A stretch of 64,000 bases of DNA from Nostoc sp. DedSLP01 (GTDB lineage Bacteria; Cyanobacteriota; Cyanobacteriia; Cyanobacteriales; Nostocaceae). The notes under the pieces were generated by a model, which was not told where the DNA came from, searched no databases, and worked only from the letters and a program-made list of their open reading frames with translations. The position numbers and the translations under genes were made by a program. Positions 54,941 through 64,000 of this stretch are shown piece after piece. Numbering within the stretch: the first letter of the stretch is position 1; every line of letters starts with the position of its first letter. Location of the stretch: the NCBI GenBank assembly GCA_034530875.2, contig JAVRCJ020000023.1:32001-96000 (forward strand), written 5' to 3'.

Positions 54941-56383
54941 TCAAGAAACACCGCTCCAGGATCTCAGAATTGGTAGAACAAAGGTAATCGGGGCGCGTTC
55001 TTCCACGGTGACTTGTACGGAGGTGGTAGTTCCAGAAGTGACCTTCATCTGTGGCCCTTGGGAAGAAGACCATTTGTACTCGCTGAAGGTGGAATTGTCT
55101 GGTTGCAGTCGTGCAGTAATTAGCATCTGTGGTCCTTGTGACATAATGGCTTCTACAAATTCAGAATTGCCGACTACACTTAATGCACCTTCTTTAGTCA
55201 CGGGAAAGGCTGAGACTTCTGTGACGGCACCGATGATGCCACCAAAGCGTTCGCGTTGGACTGTAGTAGGCGTGACTTGTAACTTCATCCCCGGTTGAAT
55301 TTGCTTACCATCGCCAACGGGAAAAAATGCCACACTGACAGGTTGAGCAGATCGCTGTTGTGCAGCGATCGTTCCTATGGGTGTACCCTGTAAAACAATC
55401 TGCCCTGGTGTGGCGGAAATTTCTAAAACTCGTCCGGAGTAATTGCTTTTGACTAAGCTGCTACTCGATAGTTGCAGTGCTAATTGAGCAATATTCCGCT
55501 GAGCTTCCTGAATTTCTTTTCTGCGATTAGTTACGGCATCTAAGTCTTGTTGTGCCGCAGCAGCTTGTTTGCTATCTAGTTGTTTTAACTGCGCTTGCAA
55601 ATCTTTAATTGCGTTCAAGTTCTCTAGGTATTGGCGTTGAGCATCTGCTTCTTTGACATCCAGTTGCTTGAGTTGGGATTCGGCTTCATTGATTTGTGTC
55701 ACGGCATTTAAGTAGTCTTGCTGTGACTGTAGGACTGAATCGCCAGAAATTGCTCCCTCTTGCAATAGTTTATTGCGGTTGTCCCATCTTTGTTTGAAGG
55801 TAGGCAACAGTTGTCGTAGTGCTTGTAAGCTTTGAGTTTGGTTGGCGCGATCGCGAGCAATCGAGTCTAGCCCTTTTTCTCTTAAAATCGGTGTTAGCTT
55901 CTGTACTGCCTGGAGATTTTGCAGCAAAGATTGGCGTTGCTGTTTAATGGCTTCTTTGTCTGCGTTTTGCCGTTGTAGTTGCACTAAGTTAGCAGCGCGA
56001 TCTTGTGCTTGTAGTTGTTGTAATTTAGAGCGTACTAGTTGTAGCTGTTTCAACAGTTCGCTTTGGTCTAGCGTCGCCAGCACATCTCCTCTATTTACAT
56101 AGTCACCAACTCGGACGTTGATTGTTCGCAATTTACCTGCGATCGGTGACTGAAACAAGGTAACTGTACTGGGATAAACTATTATCCCAGTACCCGTTAC
56201 TGTAATTGGAATTCGACCTAAAAAACTCCAAGTCAGCCCCGTCGCCACCAAAGAACCAACAGCGACTAGAGGTAGCCACTTTTTCGGGCTGACTACCTGC
56301 ATGATTTGATCTAGTTCTTCAGGTGAAGAAGCACGCTCTAAAGCTTCTTTGCGGAACAGGTCGCTCTTTTGCCTAACCACCAA
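54941..56383 (-). CDS. NHLP bacteriocin system secretion protein (HlyD membrane-fusion family)
   Basis: FRKEALERASSPEELDQIMQVV, TM segment, coiled coil, RERFGGIIG, YKWSSSQGP, PITFVLP. Confidence 0.92.
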   Translation of the reverse strand: MVVRQKSDLFRKEALERASSPEELDQIMQVVSPKKWLPLVAVGSLVATGLTWSFLGRIPITVTGTGIIVYPSTVTLFQSPIAGKLRTINVRVGDYVNRGDVLATLDQSELLKQLQLVRSKLQQLQAQDRAANLVQLQRQNADKEAIKQQRQSLLQNLQAVQKLTPILREKGLDSIARDRANQTQSLQALRQLLPTFKQRWDNRNKLLQEGAISGDSVLQSQQDYLNAVTQINEAESQLKQLDVKEADAQRQYLENLNAIKDLQAQLKQLDSKQAAAAQQDLDAVTNRRKEIQEAQRNIAQLALQLSSSSLVKSNYSGRVLEISATPGQIVLQGTPIGTIAAQQRSAQPVSVAFFPVGDGKQIQPGMKLQVTPTTVQRERFGGIIGAVTEVSAFPVTKEGALSVVGNSEFVEAIMSQGPQMLITARLQPDNSTFSEYKWSSSQGPQMKVTSGTTTSVQVTVEERAPITFVLPILRSWSGVS

Positions 56384-56925
56384 ACACCGTCCCCATTTCT
56401 ATGGGAATAAAAACATAAAATACCTTTGAGTGAATACAATACTGTTGCTGCGATCGCTAGGAGTTGCAGTCTAAATGGAAAATAGGCAATACAATTGTTT
56501 GCTTATTTGACAGTATTAATATTCACAGATAGAAATTATTTTAATCATATCATTTGATGAAAAAACGAGAAATTTATAAATTAATTTTTTTAATTATTTG
56601 ATTTTTTATAGACATGAATTAAAGTTCTGAGTCAAGACCTCTTTCCTCAGAACTTTAAGACAAATCAAAATTTTTACAGCATTTATAAAATAGTCTAATG
56701 ATTTAGGAAAAATACTTTTCCACTTAAATAATCAATCCTTTACACCCTATATCGAATAGAGTTGACATAACTTAGAGTCAGTCTAATTATAAACTAAACC
56801 TAGCTAATGAATTTGGTTAATGTGAATTTCGCCATATTGATGACAATACTAACTTTTAAAACCAAAGTCAATACTAAATTTAAAGCCTAAAACTCTTTAA
56901 AAATAAACACATATAGCTGATGTCT

Positions 56926-56961
56926 AAAAGTAAGAAAAGTAGGAAAAGTAAGAAAAGTAAG
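56926..56961. repeat. Four tandem AAAAGTA(A/G)G 9-mers
   Basis: Direct reading; second array at 58941-58980. Confidence 0.85.
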
Positions 56962-57250
56962 AATTCCTAATTATCACTAAGGTATGCAACAAATTCCACA
57001 GCACTTATCAGATTTGTGTTTGAGTGATGCGATCGCACCACTTAATCGAGTCTCTAGCACTCATACTTGATTTGATGAAAAAAACTCAGTACACTTTTAT
57101 TACTTTTTACTTGTTAAGAGTTCCCTATGTCTACAACTAGTTCTCCGAATTAAACCGGATTTCTATAGCCCTTTATCTTTTAAAATCGGTGTCAGCTTCT
57201 GTACTGCCTAGAAGTTCTAAGTAGGTCAGTGTGAATATTTATCGTTACAC

Positions 57251-57425
57251 CTAGTGGCGTGGCAAGCTTTAAATGTTGCAAAGAAATTATAGGTTGGGGA
57301 AACCCCAAATTGAGCAAGTAGCATTTGACGTAAGAAAACTCAACGCTACGCTAATATATTTGTTGGATTTCACGTTGCTCAGCCCAACTTTCTAATGCAT
57401 TATTCTAGTCTTGTCGCGCCACTAG
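57251..57425. mobile_element. MITE-like element (175 bp)
   Basis: TIR CTAGTGGCGTGGCAAG / CTTGTCGCGCCACTAG (14/16 match). Confidence 0.6.
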
Positions 57426-57575
57426 TAGAAAAAAAAGTTTACAAAACTCGTAAAAAGTCACTTAACCGCCAGCGTTGCTTTCCATAGCAATTCGGAATCA
57501 TTCGTGAGAAAAGATCATTATTTTACAAGTATTCAAGCCTGGATTAATTCTCACGTATCATTTAGGACTACTATA

Positions 57576-57830
57576 TTATTTGTCCTTTGTTGAGATATCA
57601 ACCACAATTTTATTGTCAATCTTTACGTTTATGACAATACTATCGCAAGGTAGTTGTCCTAATGGGGAATTTGGTTGGGCTGGTGGGGCTGATGGGACTG
57701 GTGGTTCCCATTTTATTGGTAGCCACTTTAATGGTTGCCAACCATTTCCTCCAACGAGGGTAAACGTTTTTTCTTCATCTAACTCTGTAATAACTGCAAC
57801 CTCTTCTCGTTCAAAAGTGATGTTGGACAT
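57576..57830 (-). CDS. Double-glycine-leader secreted peptide 1
   Basis: Leader ..ITELDEEKTFTLVGG|; GGAAGGA RBS; upstream of the C39 transporter on the same strand. Confidence 0.75.
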   Translation of the reverse strand: MSNITFEREEVAVITELDEEKTFTLVGGNGWQPLKWLPIKWEPPVPSAPPAQPNSPLGQLPCDSIVINVKIDNKIVVDISTKDK

Positions 57831-58345
57831 AACAAATCCTTCCGTCTACAAAATGACTCTGGTCTGGTGAAATTCTTTTAGTCACTTAACCAAAAATTAC
57901 AGTAAGTTCCGTTAATATAACTATTCTGTAATCTTTATAAGAAAATATTGACGGGTAGGTAAGAAGTAAGAGATAATAATTACTGGTCGCTTACCTTTGA
58001 CCTTTAATCGTTATCCAGCTTACACCCGCCAATATTCACGTAATATTGTCGTGAGTTGTGATGCCAGAAATAGTCAGACCACTATGTTATAAGATGTCAC
58101 TACACTTATTCGTAAAGGTCGTCTCTAGTCCTTTGTCAGTTGTTGGTAGCAATTGGCAAAGGACTACTGGTTTATAAGGGTCTTAACGAAATAACGTGTA
58201 AGTTTCATACTTATTAGCTTAGTGTTGTCGTGATTTGTAGCGATAATACAAATCATGATAAAGAAATTTTTGGCAATACAAACAAACGGTTAAAGTGACT
58301 TTTGTTGAGGTGATAACTCAATTCAGAGCGTACTAGACAGACACA

Positions 58346-58630
58346 TTACCAACCAATGTACGCGCGGTCTCTACTGCTATCAGAGTAGTTTGAAGCATAA
58401 GCATTTCCACCAACTGCTACTGCGGTAGATGTTTGATTGGTTACATTAATGTCATTTTTGCCGCCTTTGACACTTCCGATCTTAACGTCATTGTCGTTTT
58501 TGACATCGATATCTATTTTTTTGGCATAAAAAGAGTAGTCTGCGCCACCACCTACAACTCCACTGATTTCTTCATCAGCTAACTCTGTCATTACTACGAG
58601 GGTTTCTTTCTCAAGTGTTACAACTGACAT
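58346..58630 (-). CDS. Double-glycine-leader secreted peptide 2
   Basis: Leader ..MTELADEEISGVVGG|; leader paralogous to peptide 1. Confidence 0.82.
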   Translation of the reverse strand: MSVVTLEKETLVVMTELADEEISGVVGGGADYSFYAKKIDIDVKNDNDVKIGSVKGGKNDINVTNQTSTAVAVGGNAYASNYSDSSRDRAYIGW

Positions 58631-59585
58631 AAGATTATTTCCTTCTACAAAATGATATTTGCATAGTGCAATTCTTTCTTTGACTTAACCAACAACTGTA
58701 GATAACAAAAGAACTTTTATACTTGAAAAATAGTATTTACTGTTTTTTTGTTAATATCTTTAGATATTCTTAAATGAATATATCTAAAGATGAATTTTGT
58801 TGGTTGCATCGTTGAATTCACTATATTTATAGAATACAACTATTTAAAAAAAACTATATAAAGAAATGATGAAGTTAATAACAAATTTTTTTAAAGATTA
58901 ATTTTTTTAAGCGATTAAAATTCGATAAAATTTAGTATAAAAAAGTAAGAAAAGTAAAAAGTAAAAGTAAGAAAAGTATGAATATTTAAAATAATATTTC
59001 CATCATTTAAATATCAAGAATATTGTAAACAGCAAATATAAAAATATTTTTTAATAAATTAAATATATATATTAAAGTATATTTAATAAATTTAAAATAT
59101 TTAATAGCATTTACTAATAAATAATTGCTGCAATGCTTATTCAACAGGGATTACAAAAAAATAAAATAATAAATATTATCGGAATTAAATAGAATTGCTA
59201 TGTAAAAACATATAGCTAATATCAAAATTTAAAATTATATTTTTAAATAGTAATTCTCTCAAGTTTTAAAAGCCATTTACAGTAGTATGTCTATTGTTTT
59301 TCATAAAAATGATAGCTCTAAATTATTTATAAATAATAAGATTTTCAACCGATACGTATCAGTCGAAAATCTTAGTATTATCTAGTTTAAAAACTTATAT
59401 TTTACATACTATTTAGTTAAAAAATACTGCAAATTATAGTTAGAAAAATAAAATTTACTACTAGAGAAATAGACTTCACGTGACTTATACTCAAACTCAC
59501 TCGAAGTAGTACTAACGCCAAAGTCGGAACGTAAAAATTAAAACAAAATGTGCGATTAATCGTGTCTAGTACTTAATGAGTTATT

Positions 59586-59808
59586 GGAGGATGTTTGCAA
59601 AGTATCAGACGAATATAATCCGTCACTACACAAGCGTAGACACGTTAGCAGGTTATTGATTCCTCGAAAAGGGTTTTCACAGGATGGAGTACGCTAACAA
59701 AAAAGCAAAGTTTTTAAACGGTACAAACAGGTTTGGTTTACGTGTAAAATGAACCGCAATTTATATTCGCCAAAACTAATGATAAATTAGATTTCACAAA
59801 CATCCTCC
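59586..59808. mobile_element. MITE-like element (223 bp)
   Basis: Perfect 12-bp TIR GGAGGATGTTTG / CAAACATCCTCC. Confidence 0.6.
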
Positions 59809-59874
59809 TTAATCGCACTTCTACAACCTACCCACACCTACATATCCTTATCTGCTTGCTTTAGCTGTATGTAG

Positions 59875-60162
59875 CTAGGAAGCCTGAACAACTCCATTCA
59901 CAAACTTCAAGATATTTGTTGTTGCCTCTGTTACTCCATTCACAGTTTTATTTGTCTTTGTTGTGACTGTTCTTTGATTTCCAGTCTGTTTGTCTTCAAT
60001 GGATTGCTCAATGATAATTTGAGTTGCATTGTCTACATTTGAAGCTGAATAAGATATTGTTTCACCACCAACTATTCCTTTCAATTCGCCATCTCTTAGC
60101 TCCTCGATAATAACTTTTTGTTTATGGTTAGATTTGAAGCTAACTCGATTGATATTAGCCAT
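59875..60162 (-). CDS. Double-glycine-leader secreted peptide 3
   Basis: Leader ..IIEELRDGELKGIVGG|; ATG 60162 with GGAGGA RBS. Confidence 0.8.
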   Translation of the reverse strand: MANINRVSFKSNHKQKVIIEELRDGELKGIVGGETISYSASNVDNATQIIIEQSIEDKQTGNQRTVTTKTNKTVNGVTEATTNILKFVNGVVQAS

Positions 60163-60841
60163 AATTTCCTCCAAAAATGTGTACACAATTTGCGTTTTAC
60201 ATGTCTTTACAAATAACAGTTTTTTTAATAGCTTGTCAACAGTTAATACAAAATATCGTACCTTTCAAACTTAACTTACTTTTCCTAAATTTATTGTTTC
60301 CATTTTTATTTTTTTTAAATAATTGGTATTCACCAATTATAAACAAACAATATTTTTATACTTAAAAAACTTAAATACTTTGTGTTTTACCATTATTTAA
60401 TATTAGCAAAAACTATATAATTGTTTGTTAGCTACTTGCAGAGCTACTGCTAATATGAGCAAAACTACAAATTTTAATTGGGATATTGAACCTCTTAGGT
60501 TTCAAATCTTTAATTTCAATTTAAACTTTATACTTATAGCACCGATAAAAGTCAGAAGTCAGAATATTCCGACCTCTGACTAATGTATTAAACAGATAAT
60601 GAGGAATGCATAACTGGCGTTATACAAGGGATTGAGCGATAACTAAGACGAAATTATAGCAATTTTTTGGTTCAATCAACTTTTATAAAAATACTAGTTT
60701 ATCGAGGCTAATATTTTTATATTGGTTGGTTTACTGCTTAATTTTCAAGAATTATCTTGAATTGCTTTATGATGTTAGTTAGCTCAATCCACCTTATATT
60801 TTATAAATTACGCTTTGCTTGTGGATTAGGCAAATCAATTA

Positions 60842-61036
60842 CTATTGAATAGACCCAATACCTGTTAATAATTCATCGAGAGCATCGGTAGCTCTTACAA
60901 GAAAAGTACCCAATCCTCTACCTAGCAAGCCTAATATCCCTATTCCTCCGACTACTGCTTCTAATTCTTCCTCATTAATTTCTTCCACAATAACTTCTTG
61001 ATTGATGGATTGTGCCAAGTTTTCATCGTTAACCAT
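60842..61036 (-). CDS. Double-glycine-leader peptide 4 (class II bacteriocin-like core)
   Basis: Leader ..VEEINEEELEAVVGG|, core IGILGLLGRGLGTFLVRATDALDELLTGIGSIQ; ATG 61036 with GGAGA RBS. Confidence 0.82.
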   Translation of the reverse strand: MVNDENLAQSINQEVIVEEINEEELEAVVGGIGILGLLGRGLGTFLVRATDALDELLTGIGSIQ

Positions 61037-61532
61037 GATTTTCTCCAAAAAATTTGTTGTTAGGTGTTTATACCCTTGATGTAATTAGAAATAACAGTTT
61101 GATTAATAGCTTGTCAATAGTTTATACAAAACAACTTACTTTTATGGCTTAACCCACTTTTATTGCTTTTCCTATTTTTTAGAATCTCACTTTTATTACT
61201 TTTATTAATAACATTTTCGCGATTTCCAAAAGTTAAAAAACTTTTAAATATCCTACTTTAGTAGGATGTCTTATACCAAATTTTGCTTATCTGGTTGATA
61301 TGCTTGGAGTTTTTCTATGAGACGGTAAATCCATAGATAAGCTTTGTAGAAGTTACTTGCATAGTCCATATAAAAAGAAATATAGCTTATATCAAAAGGC
61401 TGATTTATGAAGTTTAATCATCAATTCATATCATTTCCTTTAATAAGGATATAAATACGTTAATAGGCGCACAGCTAGCTGTGCACCCTTACCAAATGTT
61501 GATATTTAACTGAGTTTGCGTGAGTTTATATC

Positions 61533-61694
61533 AGGACTTACGCACTCAGATCCCCCAACCCCCTTAAAAAGGAGAGCCACTGTGCCCTTGCGGGTTCCCC
61601 GACTTGTAGCAAGTGGCGTGGCTTTAGAGGTTCCCCTCAATTTATCAGGGGGTAGTGGGGGGATCTATCTTTCAGGCTTCAGTGCGTAAGTCCT
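61533..61694. mobile_element. MITE-like element (162 bp)
   Basis: Perfect 14-bp TIR AGGACTTACGCACT / AGTGCGTAAGTCCT. Confidence 0.7.
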
Positions 61695-61711
61695 ATATAT
61701 TAGGTTGTTTG

Positions 61712-62048
61712 ACGTCTTATCCCACAGACTTAACTGATATGGAGCCAGGATTTCCGGCTCCCTTGATTCCACCAGCTAAAGAAGGAGGATATCCACGCAA
61801 CAATATGCGAGAAGTATGCAATGCAATCTACTATCACTTGAAAATAGGATATGCTTTCAGGCGATTTCCCACTCCTCTTAACGGTATAGAGCTATTACAG
61901 AAAATGGCAATGCAAGGAAGTGTAGGAAAAATTAAACCATACACTGTGTAGTCAAGCTCGCTATTTCACTAGCTAAATCAACACAAACAAGTACGTTAGA
62001 AAAGCTCACCGCAGATACTCAGTCAGTAAAAACGCTTGAAAAAAGGAG
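61712..62048 (+). pseudogene. Degraded IS5-family transposase fragment
   Basis: SYPTDLTD..PLIPPAKEGG.PR..MREVCNAIYY, and later DTQSVKT in another frame; frameshifted and truncated. Confidence 0.75.
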
Positions 62049-62213
62049 CCACTGCGTTCGATCGCAGACTTGTTCGCTGTTGAGAGCCATATATGCTACA
62101 TCGTCTTGTATCCTAAAGAATTACTTTATAAATAATCTCTAAGAGTTCCCTATTCGCTTGAGATCGAAATATGATGTCCTAACCAATATGTCCGTTGCTA
62201 TAAATTTTGTATT

Positions 62214-62340
62214 TACAGCAGATTGAAAGTAAGTGAGAACAGGACTGATTCATCAAAGATAAAGAGTTTCTTTCTAACTCCTACCTCCTCCGGCCTCAAA
62301 ACCCGTAATTTTATACTTCATGTAAATGAAAACTGCTGTA
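62214..62340. mobile_element. Short MITE-like element
   Basis: TIR TACAGCAG / CTGCTGTA; related degenerate element at about 63271-63368. Confidence 0.4.
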
Positions 62341-62494
62341 AATATAAGAAAAGTAGAGACACTACCATTGCATCTCTACAGACTTACTCATTAAAATTTT
62401 TACATGAAATTACACCCAGGAAAAAGTAAAACTATTTTGAATTTAAGATTGTACAAATTAATTTGAAAATCTAAAATTCAGTGATTTTTTTTAA

Positions 62495-62902
62495 TTAAAC
62501 TATTCCTGAACCTTTACCGCGTCGGTCATCGTTTTCTCTCAATTCACCTTCTCGATCCTCGTTAATTTCTTCGAGTTCTTCAACGCGTTCTGCGGTATCT
62601 TCTACTGTTTCTTGGCGTGCATCACCTGGTTCTTCGTAGTACATTTCAGGTTCTACTGCATAGTTATTTAACAAACCTTCTCTGTCTACGGTGTAACCAT
62701 CAGTGGTACGTATACTTTCCGGATCGGTTTGGTCATCGGTAGCCGAATTTGCTTCTCTTTCTTCTGTGGGACGTGTTTTAAATTTATCTCCTTCTCTTTC
62801 TCTGCGAGCAGCTGTTTCAGCGGGAATAATACCGCGATCGTAGGTATCTACTTCTGCGCGCTCGTGTGAATCTATACCTTTTTTAACTGATTCATTAGTC
62901 AT
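62495..62902 (-). CDS. Acidic hydrophilic hypothetical protein
   Basis: 135-aa ORF, GAGGA RBS, DRGIIPAETAAR and DGYTVDREGLLNNYAVEPEMY motifs. Confidence 0.75.
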   Translation of the reverse strand: MTNESVKKGIDSHERAEVDTYDRGIIPAETAARREREGDKFKTRPTEEREANSATDDQTDPESIRTTDGYTVDREGLLNNYAVEPEMYYEEPGDARQETVEDTAERVEELEEINEDREGELRENDDRRGKGSGIV

Positions 62903-63381
62903 AAATTATGTCCTCGTTAAAGATGTATTGAATAACTTCGAGAACTAGATTAGGCTGTTTTTTATTTACAATCTACTATCTTGAGAAGTGATTTAACTTT
63001 AACAATTTATACTTTCCTCTATCTTGAGATGTATTCAAAAGACTAGTATTAAAAGTAATTCAATAATGTGAATCGATTTAGTTTGAGGCAAACACTCTTT
63101 TTCACTTTTCTTGCTTCCCCGACTTTCCATCTGTATCAATCTTAAGGTGAAAGGATATCATCCTTTTCACTCACTTCTGTAAGAAGCCCAATGCAACGCA
63201 AGCATTTAAATCCCACCCTTTTTCAGGAGTGGGATTGCAAGAGATTGAGAAAATGAGGATAGGACTAACTTACAGCAATTGTCACGTAAATAGTCCACGT
63301 TGTAGGGGCGCACAGCTAGCTGTGCTTCTTTATAAGGATTGTGGTTTAAATAGATGAAAAACGCCCTAATAAATTAGAAAT

Positions 63382-63810
63382 TTATTCACCTACCATTTGA
63401 TTCTTCAGTAATTGAATTTCATGGGCTAATTCTTGCCGCGTTGAAGCCTTAATTAGATAACGGAAAATAAACCAGCCAGCATAAGAAATTCCAATTAATT
63501 CAAAAATTGGTGATATTAGCGGAATATCATTGATGGCATCCAGAATTGTTAGCGCTACTTTGGCTGTAACGAACGCTGACAAAATTAAAAGAACAGTTAT
63601 CAGAGACTGCTGGTAGTCCTTAAAAAAGTTACTTAAGTATTCTGGTAAGTGCCCCAAAACTTCAAAAATTTGTCTAGTAATTCGTTGCCATTCCGGTTCT
63701 GATGCTGGTGGAAGCTTGGGCAAGTTTGTAGTATTTGTACCTTGAAGTGCTAGAGTGCCTTCTAATGAAGAGGAGTTAATTGATTCGTGTTGCTGTTGTT
63801 GGGTTTCCAT
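63382..63810 (-). CDS. CAAD-domain (CurT/CURT1-like) thylakoid membrane protein
   Basis: ILDAINDIPLISPIFELIGISYAGWFIFRYLIKASTRQEL CAAD pattern; ATG 63810 (ORF extends to 63828). Confidence 0.85.
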   Translation of the reverse strand: METQQQQHESINSSSLEGTLALQGTNTTNLPKLPPASEPEWQRITRQIFEVLGHLPEYLSNFFKDYQQSLITVLLILSAFVTAKVALTILDAINDIPLISPIFELIGISYAGWFIFRYLIKASTRQELAHEIQLLKNQMVGE

Positions 63811-64000
63811 AGTTTTAGTTTTCAGCAATTACAGGAGTTTTAATAACTGACCAAGACGGGGAAAGGGATATAAGCCCTTAATTTCTTTTTATGGAGACGC
63901 AAAGCGCAACAGTTGAAGCGTCCTTACTTCAAGGTCTTAACTGTAGTTAGGGGTTTACTTTCCCCTTTTCGCTTTAACCTTTTCTCCGACAAAATCGCTA

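Noticed and set aside
57580..57870. Plus-strand 96-aa ORF as an immunity protein
   Set aside because: Fully antisense to peptide 1, which has the RBS and GG leader

Overview
64-kb chromosomal window from a filamentous, probably heterocystous (Nostocales-like) cyanobacterium. The assignment rests on very frequent HIP1 octamers (GCGATCGC), heptameric STRR arrays, TGTAGAGACG...CGTCTCTACA palindromes and cyanobacterial genes. Housekeeping content: thiC with a TPP riboswitch, glpK, ligA, valS with a CAAD membrane-anchor insertion, crtR-like, ndhH-like, amino-acid and nucleoside/sugar ABC components, and a DUF433/DUF5615 toxin-antitoxin pair. Most notable accessory content: (1) an NHLP-type peptide-export locus (HlyD plus a 1786-aa fusion of two normally separate ABC transporters) preceded by four small double-glycine-leader proteins, with no modification enzyme in the window, and followed by an ndhH copy that appears altered around the quinone site; (2) a subtilase divergently paired with a stand-alone homologue of its own propeptide; (3) an HNH nuclease behind a leader-ORF/terminator resembling an attenuator, with a palindromic operator; (4) a TIGR03032-TPR-GT41 glycosyltransferase head-to-head with a 1883-aa Ser/Thr-rich repeat protein; (5) an orphan solute-binding protein coupled to a diguanylate cyclase. 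No rRNA, tRNA or CRISPR array was seen. All family calls come from motif recognition by eye; no database searches were run.
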